DNA of 64,000 nucleotides, from contig JAVKJW010000007.1 in the NCBI GenBank assembly GCA_031458695.1, positions 31,694-95,693 on the forward strand, in the 5' to 3' direction. The position numbers were made by a program, and so were the translations under genes. The stretch comes from Candidatus Thermofontivivens primus. Lineage in GTDB: Bacteria > Sysuimicrobiota > Sysuimicrobiia > Sysuimicrobiales > Thermofontiviventaceae. Shown one piece after another: positions 7,441 through 16,773 of the stretch (position 1 is the stretch's first letter; each line of letters opens with the position of its first letter). Below the pieces are notes generated by a model, which did no database searches, had not been told where the DNA came from, and saw only the letters and a list, made by a program, of their open reading frames with translations.

Positions 7441-9631
7441 GGTGCGCAAGCAGATTCTGCGCTTCCGAGGGATCCCTCAAGGAGAATTTTGCCTGTGAAG
7501 GGGCAAGACCTACCCGGATCGTGAAGGCTTCCTGCGGGAGGCTAGCGAACAGGTCCTCGTCCGCCCGGTCATCCCCCATCGCCAGGATGAAATCGGACGG
7601 CGTCTTGTGGAGGAAGTACAGCGCAGCCCTCCCCTTGTCCACCCCAATGGGCCGGACCTCTACCACCTTGTTCCCGTGGAGTACCTGGACATCGACATGG
7701 GTGGTCGCACGGAGGAGGGTATCGATCAACTCTTTCGCTCGCATCGAGGCCACCTCAGGATCCGCCAAGCGGTAGTGCCAGGCCAAAGCGTACTCTTTCT
7801 CCTCCACAAAGGCCCCGGGAACGTATTCTGCGTAGCTGTGGAGGAGGGAGAGGAGGTGGGGTTTCCAATCGTTTGTCACGGGGCTCAGCAGGCGCCACCC
7901 CTCCCCGCGCTCTTTGATCCAAACCCCGTGCTCTGCAACGAGGGCGACATCGAGCGTGCCAAACCAGCGATCGAGGGTCTCCCTGTCCCGGCCGCTTGTC
8001 AGCACCACCTGATTGCGGGGATCTCTACTGAGCTCCTGGAGGAGCGCCAAAAGTTCTCCAGGAGGTCTCGCTTGAGAAGGATCGCCTGTGTAAGGGACGA
8101 GGGTGCCATCGTAATCCAGGAACAGGACCCTCCGCTGGGCACCATGGTAGGCCCGAACCACCTGCGCTTTCTCCTGGGGATCCAGGGAGCGAGCCTGGAA
8201 TCGCGCTTGTTCTCTGTGGAAGGTGAGCAAGGAGTGCAGGAAGTCGCTGGCCCAGCGCACCACATCATACCGCTTCAGGCGCTCCTGCATCACCTGGATC
8301 CTCCGGATCTGCTCTTCTTCCGGCATCTCCAGGGCTTCCCCGATAGCTGTAGCGATCTCCTCCACGTGGGTCGGGTTGATGAGGATCGCCTCGCGGAGCT
8401 CGTGGGCGGCGCCAGCTGTCTCACTGAGGATCAGCACCCCTCCCCCATCCCTCCTGCTCGCCACGTACTCCTTAGCGATGAGGTTCATCCCGTCCCTGAG
8501 TGGGGTCACCAGGGCGATGTCGCTGGCTGTATAAAGGGCAGCCAGGGAGTGGAAGGGCAGGTAGGTATACTGGTACATAATGGGTGCCCAGCCGATGGTC
8601 CCGAACCTGCCGTTGATTTTTCCCACAAGCTCGTCGATCTGCCTCTTGGTCCGCCGGTAGTGCTCTACACCCACACGGGAGGGGACGACGACCATGAGCA
8701 ACACAACCTTCCCATGCCACCTGGGGTTCCTCTCCAGGAACCGCTCGTAGCCCTGCAAGCGGTTGAGAACGCCCTTGGAGTAGTCCAGCCGATCCACGGA
8801 GAGGATCACCTTAAGACCACCAAGCCGCTCTTTGAGCTTCCCCCTCTCCATCTGGACCTCCGGGCGTTCCCCAGCTTCGAAGAACCTCTGGAAGTGGATC
8901 CCCATGGGGAAGGTGCCCGCCTGCACAAGGCGGTCGCCCACAGCAATCCTACCCATGGTGTGCGTGTACCCCAAGAACCGGAGGACGCATCGGAGGAAGT
9001 CGTAGGTGTACTCGTGGGTGTGGAATCCTATAAGGTCTGCACCGAGCAACCCTTCGAGGATCTCGCCCCGCCACCGGCTGGGGAGGAGGCGGAAGAGCTC
9101 GAAAGATGGGAAGGGGATGTGCAGGAAGAACCCAATGGGCACACCTGGCGCGCGCTCCCGCAAAAGCTTGGGAAGGAGCATGAGGTGATAGTCGTGGACC
9201 CACACCACGTCCTCTGGCCCGAGGATCTCCACGACCGCCTCACAGAACTTCTCGTTGACGCGCTTGTAGTGGTTCCACAGCTCCTCTTCGTACACCGCAT
9301 AGGAGGGGAAATAGTGGAAGAGCGGCCAGATGGTCCTGTTGCAAAAGCCCAGGTAAAACTTCTCCATCTCCTCCTCGGAGAGAAAGACGGGGTAGGCACG
9401 GGACCGCTCCAGGAGAGATGACCGCAACCACCCCCGGTCCCCCTCTGGAACAGCGATCCCCGGCCAGCCGACCCAGATGTACTCCTGCTGGGTAAATGGA
9501 GATTCCCTAAGTGAGTCCAGGTAGGCGCTCAGCCCGGAGACAAGGCCCCCAGCACTTGCCTGGAAACGGAGCTTCCCCTCCCTCTCGACGACGGTGACAG
9601 GGAGCCGGTTGGACACCACAAGGAGTCTCAT
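7406..9631 (-). CDS. otsA: Bifunctional trehalose-6-phosphate synthase/phosphatase
   Basis: LLVVSNRLP, WVHDYHL, VDRLDYSKG, DGMNLIAKEY (GT20), followed by HAD domain FLDYDGTL...GDDRADEDLF; real start ATG 9631. Confidence 0.95.
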   Translation of the reverse strand: MRLLVVSNRLPVTVVEREGKLRFQASAGGLVSGLSAYLDSLRESPFTQQEYIWVGWPGIAVPEGDRGWLRSSLLERSRAYPVFLSEEEMEKFYLGFCNRTIWPLFHYFPSYAVYEEELWNHYKRVNEKFCEAVVEILGPEDVVWVHDYHLMLLPKLLRERAPGVPIGFFLHIPFPSFELFRLLPSRWRGEILEGLLGADLIGFHTHEYTYDFLRCVLRFLGYTHTMGRIAVGDRLVQAGTFPMGIHFQRFFEAGERPEVQMERGKLKERLGGLKVILSVDRLDYSKGVLNRLQGYERFLERNPRWHGKVVLLMVVVPSRVGVEHYRRTKRQIDELVGKINGRFGTIGWAPIMYQYTYLPFHSLAALYTASDIALVTPLRDGMNLIAKEYVASRRDGGGVLILSETAGAAHELREAILINPTHVEEIATAIGEALEMPEEEQIRRIQVMQERLKRYDVVRWASDFLHSLLTFHREQARFQARSLDPQEKAQVVRAYHGAQRRVLFLDYDGTLVPYTGDPSQARPPGELLALLQELSRDPRNQVVLTSGRDRETLDRWFGTLDVALVAEHGVWIKERGEGWRLLSPVTNDWKPHLLSLLHSYAEYVPGAFVEEKEYALAWHYRLADPEVASMRAKELIDTLLRATTHVDVQVLHGNKVVEVRPIGVDKGRAALYFLHKTPSDFILAMGDDRADEDLFASLPQEAFTIRVGLAPSQAKFSLRDPSEAQNLLAHLTALSPGHLPL

Positions 9632-9725
9632 CGTTCCCCTAAGATCTTCCCCGTTATGAGACCTTCTCCCTCTCCTCTCGCTAAGCCCCTCACCAAAGCC
9701 ACTTCTGAGGATCTTGAACCCTCCT

Positions 9726-10859
9726 TCATACCGTGGCTGCCTCCTCGTCTGCGAAGATATTTCCCTCAAAGCGGCGGTTTTCGACAGAAGGAGGGCGGAG
9801 GAGCTCGATCCGGAAGAGGCTAGAGAAGTACCACGGCCTGTCCGGGCGCACGCGGATGGGGAGCCAGCTCCAGGCACGCATGGTCTCGACATAACCCCAA
9901 GTCACATAGCTGTTGAAGTCCTCGCGGATATCGGTGATCACCGCTCCGGATTCAAGGAGGAACCTTTGGATCTGCGCCCATTTCTCCAGACTGGATTCTG
10001 CGTGGGTGAGCCCGAAGTATCCTGCGCTCCCCACCCCCCGTACAGCCAGGAGCCCCCGCTCAATGAAGGCACAGAACCCGGCGAAGCTTTCCGTGGGATC
10101 GCAAAGGAAGGTATCAAACCTCCCCCGCCACTCGTGGGGGAGCGGGTCCCGGATGTCGTACCGGGTGGCCTCCAGCATATCAAGCCCTTCCACCCGCGCG
10201 ACCTCCCGGATGAACCGGATCAGCCGGTCGTCGATGTCTACGACTAGCACCCTGGAAGGCGCGCCTGTCAGAGCGGCGGCCACGCTCACCAGATCATCGT
10301 CCCCGATGACCAGGATCTCCTTCCCAGAAAGGTCCCCCCGGGCCAACGCAAAGGCCACCCGGGCCAGCGTCGTCTCCTCAGTGACGTATCCCTGATCATA
10401 GACCTGAAGGGCTTCCGGGCGGCCGCGGCTGATCTCCCGGAACCGCTCGACGACCTCTCGGGGAAGCCTAGCGAAGTCCACCCCTCTTCCCTCACAGGAA
10501 TCGCAAGAAGCCTCCCATGCTGGAGCAATGCAAAGGTTGGAGGCAAGCTCCCTCCCGGCCTCAGTGAGAGAGAGGCGACCGTCCTGGACCGCGAGGAGGT
10601 CTTTCTCCTCGAGACGAGACCAGAAGGCGCAGAGAAAGCGCATCGGGACGCGGCTGAGCCGGACAGCCTCCCACATTTCCTCCGTGCTCAGAAGAGCGGC
10701 AAGGGCCCTTTCGGCGTCCCTGTGGGTGAACGGGATGGGCGCATCGGATCTCACCGAATCCAGGATCTCTGCCAGCATCTCTCTCGCCTTTGGGGGAGTG
10801 AGAGGTTCTCCTTTTCCTACCCTCTGGAGAACAACCGTGCTCCTGCGCATTTCCCTCAC
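9726..10859 (-). CDS. bpsA: N4-bis(aminopropyl)spermidine synthase (branched-chain polyamine synthase)
   Basis: CxxCEGRG, YDQGYVT, GDDDLVS, DIDDRL, DP(T)ES, GYFGLTH.ESS..KW..IQ motifs of DUF43/BpsA. Confidence 0.9.
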   Translation of the reverse strand: MREMRRSTVVLQRVGKGEPLTPPKAREMLAEILDSVRSDAPIPFTHRDAERALAALLSTEEMWEAVRLSRVPMRFLCAFWSRLEEKDLLAVQDGRLSLTEAGRELASNLCIAPAWEASCDSCEGRGVDFARLPREVVERFREISRGRPEALQVYDQGYVTEETTLARVAFALARGDLSGKEILVIGDDDLVSVAAALTGAPSRVLVVDIDDRLIRFIREVARVEGLDMLEATRYDIRDPLPHEWRGRFDTFLCDPTESFAGFCAFIERGLLAVRGVGSAGYFGLTHAESSLEKWAQIQRFLLESGAVITDIREDFNSYVTWGYVETMRAWSWLPIRVRPDRPWYFSSLFRIELLRPPSVENRRFEGNIFADEEAATV

Positions 10860-10879
10860 CTCCTTGCTCCAACCTTTTT

Positions 10880-11064
10880 GCGGGCGAGCGCCTCAGAGAA
10901 CCGCCCATAGAGGAACGGTTGAGGCCGGGACCAGGGAAGGTTTCTTCCGCCAAGCCTCCGGCCTAACCCTCCGGACCAATGTCGCCGGATTCCTCTCACA
11001 TCAAGGGCCGATCCACGCTCGCCTAGGATGCCAAAGGGAGTAAGGGCCGCGCAGTGCGCGCCCC
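10880..11064 (-). ncRNA. Putative structured cis-regulatory leader RNA of bpsA
   Basis: Nested complementary segments 10909-15/10990-96, 10917-28/10958-68, 10935-39/10944-48, 10970-74/10985-89 and 10883-90/11016-23, lying between a promoter and the bpsA start. Confidence 0.55.
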
Positions 11065-11070
11065 ATAAAT

Positions 11071-11099
11071 AGGCTAGGCGGATTCCCTCCCCAGGTCAA
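11071..11099 (-). promoter_or_regulatory. Sigma70-type promoter for bpsA (TTGACC-N17-TAGCCT)
   Basis: Minus strand -35 at 11099-11094, -10 at 11076-11071, 17-bp spacer. Confidence 0.55.
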
Positions 11100-11231
11100 G
11101 GGTGAGCTCTGGGTGTTCACCGCAAGGCTTTTGGTGTCAAGATCCTCCTGACAACCTTTCTCGGGATCCAGGCCATAGGCCTCGAAGAGGAGACCTTTGC
11201 CTCTCCGGCTGGGTCCTGCCGTGCACTCTCC

Positions 11232-12602
11232 TCAGGGGTCAACCCGCGCTCCTGTGTCCTGGAGGCGCAGCTGGATGAGACCGACGAGCTCCTTCCGCCG
11301 AATCAAGAAATGGGGTGTGAGCCGGTATTCCACTGCCACGGCCGCTGTCACACCGGCGGCCTCCCCCATCGCCATGGTCGTCGGCACGACCCGGGCGGAG
11401 CCAGCTGCCTGGTAGGTTGCAGAGAACGCCCGGCTGGCCACAAGGAGGTTGTCGATCCCACGGACGATCAAGCTCCGCAGGGGGATGGTGTAGATCCTTC
11501 GCTTTGGGGCAAAGGGGGAACGTTCCCCCGGCTTATAAGGGTGCAAGTCGATGGGATAGGAGGCAACCGCGATCCTGTCCCAGAAGATCCTGTGGGTCAA
11601 GATGTCTCCCGCGCTGAGGACATACAGCCCCTTGATGTGCCGCGTCTCCCGGATATACAACTCCGGCGCCACCTCGATGAGGTAGGCGCTCTCGAACCCC
11701 GGGGCATGGTCCCGCAGGTAGGAGACGAAGGCTGGCACGAGGCGTTTGGCCCGGGTGTAGGCGTCCTTCCGGGAAGCGCGGCTCGTCCCGTCCACGCCAA
11801 AGAGTTGCAGGGAGTTCACCCAGACGGTCCCGTCCGGCTGGCGGCCCAGGTTGAGGTCTACCGCCGCGATCTTGGGATCGGGCGAACGAAACCCCTTCAC
11901 GACCTCGCGGTAGCCCCACGCGTACCCGAAGCGGACCCCGCCGCGGCGGAACGGCTTGTCCTTCTTGCGGATGTAATCGGTCACCGCCGCCCAGTCCACG
12001 CCTCCAACGCGGAACACGAGCGTGGCGGCCTGCATCAACCGGTCAATCCCGGATTCCTCCCGTCCCAGGGTATATTCGGCCCCAGCGGCGGCCGCGAAGT
12101 CCCCATCGTCCGTTGCATCGATGGTCACAGGGGCCAGGATCATCCATCGCCTGCCCCGGTGTTGGACAATCGATCCCAGGACTGCATTCCCCTTCCGCAC
12201 CGGATGGAGGAACTGGGTACTGAGGTAAACCCGGATCCTCCTTTCAGAAGCGACCTTGCGCGCAAAGAACTCTCGCGCGGCCCGGGGGTCGAAGGTCAAC
12301 CCCAGCGCGCGGAACACTTCCGCGAAGATCCCCTCTACGAGGTTGCCTCCGTCGTCCCTGTGGTTGAGATCGAAGGTGTTGAGCATCGCACCTGTCAGGA
12401 CCGTCCCGAGGAAAGGCCTGGGTTCGATGAGGACGACAGATCGCCCTTGCCGCGCTGCAGCGAGTGCAGCCGCGATCCCTCCCGGGCTCCCCCCAACGAC
12501 CAGGACGTCTGCACGCTCCGGAACTTGGTAGACAGCGGGTTGGGCCAGGAGGGGGAGGGCGAGGGTGAATACCAGGATCAAGAGCAAAACCACCCTTCTC
12601 AT
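11232..12602 (-). CDS. FAD-dependent oxidoreductase with N-terminal signal peptide
   Basis: DVLVVGGSPGGIAAALAAAR, IDATDDGD, YIRETRHI, YPIDLH, SARVVPTTMAMGEAAG (FAD_oxidored family). Confidence 0.88.
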   Translation of the reverse strand: MRRVVLLLILVFTLALPLLAQPAVYQVPERADVLVVGGSPGGIAAALAAARQGRSVVLIEPRPFLGTVLTGAMLNTFDLNHRDDGGNLVEGIFAEVFRALGLTFDPRAAREFFARKVASERRIRVYLSTQFLHPVRKGNAVLGSIVQHRGRRWMILAPVTIDATDDGDFAAAAGAEYTLGREESGIDRLMQAATLVFRVGGVDWAAVTDYIRKKDKPFRRGGVRFGYAWGYREVVKGFRSPDPKIAAVDLNLGRQPDGTVWVNSLQLFGVDGTSRASRKDAYTRAKRLVPAFVSYLRDHAPGFESAYLIEVAPELYIRETRHIKGLYVLSAGDILTHRIFWDRIAVASYPIDLHPYKPGERSPFAPKRRIYTIPLRSLIVRGIDNLLVASRAFSATYQAAGSARVVPTTMAMGEAAGVTAAVAVEYRLTPHFLIRRKELVGLIQLRLQDTGARVDP

Positions 12603-12716
12603 CCTCGTTGCAAGTCCCCCCTGAGGTCTCTAGCGCCCATCTTGCTCGGGAGGTTCCAACCGCACTCCATCAGCCCACGGGTTCCCTGCCATCCAAGAAA
12701 GCGAGAGAACGCGATA

Positions 12717-13214
12717 TCAGATCTTCGGCGTGGGAAGTTCCCAGGTAGGCGCGTGCTCCCGCTTGTACACCATGATCGTGCGCTTGAACTCGATCACCAC
12801 CACCCCATCCTGGTTGAACCCAATGGTCCTCACCTTTACGATGCCCATGTGTGGGCGAGATCTCGACTCCCGTTTTTCCAGTACCTCGCTCTGAGCATAA
12901 ATGGTATCCCCCTCGAAGACAGGATGCGGCAGGCGGACCTCCTCCCAACCCAGGTTGATGGCGTTTTGGGAGATATCGGCAACTGTAAGCCCCGTCACAA
13001 TCGCAAGGGTGAGCGTAGAGTCCACAAGCGGCCTTCCGAACTCCGTTCTGGAGGCGTACACTTGGTCGAAGTGGATGGGGTTGGTGTTCACCGTGAGCAG
13101 GGTGAACCAAATGTTGTCCGTCTGGGTGATGGTACGTCCAATGGGGTGGCGGTACACCTCGCCAACGACGAAGTCCTCGTAGAACCTTCCCTGCCTCATC
13201 TTCTGGCCCTGCAT
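12717..13214 (-). CDS. MaoC family (hot-dog) dehydratase
   Basis: GRFYEDF, GRTITQTDNIWFTLLT.N.NP.HFD, NLGWEEV...PVFEGDT. Confidence 0.9.
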   Translation of the reverse strand: MQGQKMRQGRFYEDFVVGEVYRHPIGRTITQTDNIWFTLLTVNTNPIHFDQVYASRTEFGRPLVDSTLTLAIVTGLTVADISQNAINLGWEEVRLPHPVFEGDTIYAQSEVLEKRESRSRPHMGIVKVRTIGFNQDGVVVIEFKRTIMVYKREHAPTWELPTPKI

Positions 13215-13378
13215 GCCCAGATCCCTTCCCTTCCAGGAGATCATGGATTTCCCGGGTGAACAGCTTGCCTCGCGTGCATTCTACAAAGCACCTCTTTTGA
13301 GGAAAGCATCTTTCGAGGGATTCACGACCCTTTCCTGTCAGCACCGCGGAAATCCCACGGAGATCTTTGTGCGGTCCC

Positions 13379-14605
13379 TCAGGTGGATGCGCGTGCCTGC
13401 TCGCAAGATGCGCTCCCGAGAACAATCCCTACCCCGACCAGCGCGACGAGGCCCAGGGAGCTGAACGCCCACCCCCACCCCCCGAAGGCATCCAGAAGGA
13501 AGCCAAAGAGGGCTGGGGAGATGGCGCTTGCGGCGAAACCCAGCGAGGATTGGATGGCTAGGGTGGTTCCAAGTGCCTCCGGGTCCGCGGATTCGGCGAC
13601 GGCAGTAGAGAGGGTGCTAGACTCTGCAGTGACGAGGAGGCCGTAAAGGGTAGCGAGGGGCAAGATGACGCGCAGACCATACGGCAGGAGCCAACCGACG
13701 CTCAACGAACAGGCCGCTGAGGCGGTCAGGAAAAGGACGATAGTAGGCCGTCGCCCGAGGTGATCCGAAAGCCATCCTCCCGTGGCGTTGGAGATCGCGC
13801 TGGCCACGAGCACCAATCCGCCAAAGGCGGAGGCGCGTGCCGTCGCCTGGCCAAGAGGAACGTGGGCGGCCACCCAGCCCGCGGTGAGGAAACTGGGGAG
13901 CCAAGCCCGCATCCCAAAGAGCTCCCAGTTGTGCGCGGCGTAGGCAAGGGAGAAGCGGAGGGCGCGCGCGTTCTGGAGAGCCTGGCGGAAGGGAATCCGG
14001 CGGGCACGGAGGGGTCGGATATCGAACACCACGGACCAAGCGATCACTGAGGCCGCCAAGGGCCCTAGACCACTTATCATGAACGCCATGCGCCATCCCC
14101 GTCGGAGCAACAGGGATGTCGCAAACAGCGACGCCGCAGCTCCGAGGCTGAAAGCGCTGATATACATCCCCATGGCAGCTCCTCTCCGTCCTGGGGGAGC
14201 TCGCTCGACAACAAGGCGCATGCCAGGTACGTATGTCCCCGCTAACCCAATGCCGCACAGGATGCGAAAGAATGCAGCGGATCGAAAGTCGTTCGCCAGG
14301 AGTGCGAAAAGTAGACTCGCCAATCCGTTCAACACCGAGGAGAAGAGATAGATCCTCCGCACGCCGACGAGGTCTGTCAGGGAACTCAGGACGAGGACGG
14401 CCACCGTGTAACCGATCTGCTGCATGGCGAAGACCCCTCCTGCCTGTGCACCCGTCATACGCCATTCCACGCGCAGGAGCGGGAGGGTCCCGGAGTACGT
14501 ACCGAAGGTGAGCATCGTTCCTAGTTCCGCCAAGGAAAGCCACAAAAGCCAGGGAGTGAACCGCACCGTCTTGGAACCAGTACAGCCCGCCGTTCTCATG
14601 GCCAA
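13379..14605 (-). CDS. MFS transporter
   Basis: 12 TM pattern; LTDLVGVRR, YVPGMRLV, HNWELFGMRAW, GWLSDHLGRR. Confidence 0.9.
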   Translation of the reverse strand: MAMRTAGCTGSKTVRFTPWLLWLSLAELGTMLTFGTYSGTLPLLRVEWRMTGAQAGGVFAMQQIGYTVAVLVLSSLTDLVGVRRIYLFSSVLNGLASLLFALLANDFRSAAFFRILCGIGLAGTYVPGMRLVVERAPPGRRGAAMGMYISAFSLGAAASLFATSLLLRRGWRMAFMISGLGPLAASVIAWSVVFDIRPLRARRIPFRQALQNARALRFSLAYAAHNWELFGMRAWLPSFLTAGWVAAHVPLGQATARASAFGGLVLVASAISNATGGWLSDHLGRRPTIVLFLTASAACSLSVGWLLPYGLRVILPLATLYGLLVTAESSTLSTAVAESADPEALGTTLAIQSSLGFAASAISPALFGFLLDAFGGWGWAFSSLGLVALVGVGIVLGSASCEQARAST

Positions 14606-14771
14606 ACCCTTATGCCTTCCTAGTCCCTGGGACCAATCCCAAGCGCCACGTACGCAGAGGATTACGACATGAAAAGACTTCTCTCCTGTGCCATTACCTC
14701 AAAGGCAAACGTTCCTGGTCAGCGAGCCGCCAGAAGCGCGCATTGTAACGGGTAGGAGCTCTTTCCTTGAG

Positions 14772-14854
14772 GCTATTAACAGGTGCTATTGACAGGTGCA
14801 GAGGTAGTGTTTTAGAATGTTTCACAAAGAAGACTACTATGCCACAATGTGGAA
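14772..14854 (+). promoter_or_regulatory. Promoter (TTGACA-N18-TAGAAT) with tandem 13-bp repeat and IclR-type operator
   Basis: GCTATT(A/G)ACAGGT x2 at 14772-14797; TTGACA 14789; TAGAAT 14813; TGCCAC-AAT-GTGGAA 14840-14854. Confidence 0.55.
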
Positions 14855-15665
14855 CGCCAGCCTCGGGGTATCTTCTAGAGTAACCCAGAAGGGTCCGAAG
14901 GAACACAAGGTCGTTTCCGCGGTTACCCGTGCTGCGCGTATCCTCGTTGCGCTTGCAGAAAGCTCCTCTGCCCTCACCCTCTCGGATCTCACCAAGCGTG
15001 TCGGGATCCCCAAAAGTACTGTGCTTCGCATCTGCCTCACCTTATGCAAATCTGGGCTCCTCGTCCGGCTCCATGATGGGAGGTTCCGGCTTGGGCCGCT
15101 GTGTCTACGACTAGGGACCGCTTACCAGAATACGTTCCGGCTATCCGATCATGTGATTCCCGTCCTGCAGACCCTCGTCCAGAAGACTGGTGAGAGCGCC
15201 TCGTTCTTCATTCGCGAGGGAGACAAACGCATCTGCCTGTTCCGGGTCGACTCACCAAAGATGGTTCGGGTGTTCTCCCAGGTTGGCGACCATTTCCCCC
15301 TGGACCGGGGGGCCGCTGGAAAGGTCTTGCTCGCGTTCTCTAACGCACAAACCGCGGATTCGCCTAGTTTCCAAGAGATCCGGGAGTCCCTGTACGCAGT
15401 CTCCTATGGAGAGCGCGACCCTGAGGTAGCGGCGGTAGCGTGCCCTGTGTTTGGCCGAGATCAGGTCCTTGTGGGCGCAATCAGCGTCGCAGGTCCGAAG
15501 GCAAGGTTTTCCCACGCAGAGATCCAAAGGGCCTCCAACCTCGTTCGGGCGGAGGCTGCTCGGCTCACGGCTGTGTTAGGGGGCGATCCCACGGTATTCG
15601 AGCGTGCAACGAAAAAACTGCGGGATTCAAGAACAACCTCACAAGGGGGTGAGCATAATGGCTAA
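14847..15665 (+). CDS. IclR family transcriptional regulator (start uncertain)
   Basis: HTH VGIPKSTVLRI, TGESAS, GAAGKVLLAF, AVACPVF, GAISVAGP; ATG 14817 overlaps the -10 so a later start is likely. Confidence 0.9.
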   Translation: MWNASLGVSSRVTQKGPKEHKVVSAVTRAARILVALAESSSALTLSDLTKRVGIPKSTVLRICLTLCKSGLLVRLHDGRFRLGPLCLRLGTAYQNTFRLSDHVIPVLQTLVQKTGESASFFIREGDKRICLFRVDSPKMVRVFSQVGDHFPLDRGAAGKVLLAFSNAQTADSPSFQEIRESLYAVSYGERDPEVAAVACPVFGRDQVLVGAISVAGPKARFSHAEIQRASNLVRAEAARLTAVLGGDPTVFERATKKLRDSRTTSQGGEHNG

Positions 15666-16770
15666 TTGGGTTCGCATGAGTGTTGCAATCCTCGCCTTGG
15701 TGGCTCTTGTGCTGCCAGCGGGTGCGGCTCCAGCGACACCAGGACTTCCTGCATACTATCCTGCCGACTACAGCCGGATCATCGAAGCTTCCAAGGCCGA
15801 GGGCAAGCTGCTCATCTACTCGATCATGTCCGCCCGGAACTGGGCGCCGGTGCTTGCAGAGTTCAAGAAGCTCTATCCCTGGCTAGAGGTGGAAACACTC
15901 GACCTCGGTTCGTATGAGGTGTTTGAGCGGTACTACGCGGAGTCGGCAAGCGGTGCACGGACCGCAGACATGATGATCTCCATCGCCCCGGACGCTTGGC
16001 AAGAGTTTGTCCAGAAAGGACAGGCCGTTGCCTACGAATCCCCGGAATCCCGCTTCATCCCCACCTGGGCCAAGTTTGGGAAAGAAATCTACATGGTCTC
16101 TGCGGACCCAATGGTGTTCATCTGGAACAAGCGCGCCCTGCGCCCCGAGCTGTGGCCAAAGGGAATGGCACAGCTTGCGGAACTCGTCCAGCAGAACCCA
16201 CAAACCTTCCGCAACCGCCTGACCACATACGATGCGGAGCGTGTGGCAACGGGGTTCGCCATCAACTGGTTCTGGATCAAACGCCATGGTGAGCGGGGGT
16301 GGCGCATTCTGGAGACGCTTGCGCGTGCGGGAGTGAGAGCCCAGAGCAGCGCAGGCCGCATGATCGATAGCGTGCTCGCTGGAGAGAGTGTGGTGGGCTA
16401 TTTCGTTTCCACCATCTCTGTCTTCCCAAGGTTCCCCGCTGCCGAACCTGTGCTAGGGTGGGGGATGATCGAGGACGGCACTCCTGTGGCGAACCGCGGG
16501 ATGGCCATCACCCGCGCGGCGCGGAGCCCGAATGCCGCCCGTCTCATGCTGGATTTCATCCTTTCCCAGGCCGGCCAGATCGCGTTTGCGGAGGGGGGCC
16601 TGACGGCATACCGTCCTGATGTGGCTGGAAAGGCCAAGTACCATTTGACCGATCTCGCCAAGGCCATCGGGGAGAAGAACCTGATCATCTTCTCCTATGA
16701 CAAGGACCTGATGGACAAGGCCAAGCGGGAGGCCTTCCTGGCCCGCTGGAAGAAGATCTACCAGCGCTAG
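15658..16770 (+). CDS. ABC transporter substrate-binding protein (AfuA/Fe3+-like family)
   Basis: Signal peptide, EGKLLIYS, PNAARLMLDFILSQAGQ. Confidence 0.88.
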   Translation: MANWVRMSVAILALVALVLPAGAAPATPGLPAYYPADYSRIIEASKAEGKLLIYSIMSARNWAPVLAEFKKLYPWLEVETLDLGSYEVFERYYAESASGARTADMMISIAPDAWQEFVQKGQAVAYESPESRFIPTWAKFGKEIYMVSADPMVFIWNKRALRPELWPKGMAQLAELVQQNPQTFRNRLTTYDAERVATGFAINWFWIKRHGERGWRILETLARAGVRAQSSAGRMIDSVLAGESVVGYFVSTISVFPRFPAAEPVLGWGMIEDGTPVANRGMAITRAARSPNAARLMLDFILSQAGQIAFAEGGLTAYRPDVAGKAKYHLTDLAKAIGEKNLIIFSYDKDLMDKAKREAFLARWKKIYQR

Positions 16771-16773
16771 TAC

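Noticed and set aside
7607..9421. 604-aa plus-strand ORF
   Set aside because: Antisense shadow of the TPS/TPP gene; no recognisable motifs, and such ORFs are expected in GC-rich DNA
10860..11064. SAM-I, TPP or other common riboswitch
   Set aside because: I could not find their conserved cores by eye; kept only as an unclassified structured leader
11310..13259. 649-aa plus-strand ORF
   Set aside because: Antisense to the FAD oxidoreductase and MaoC genes; no domain signature
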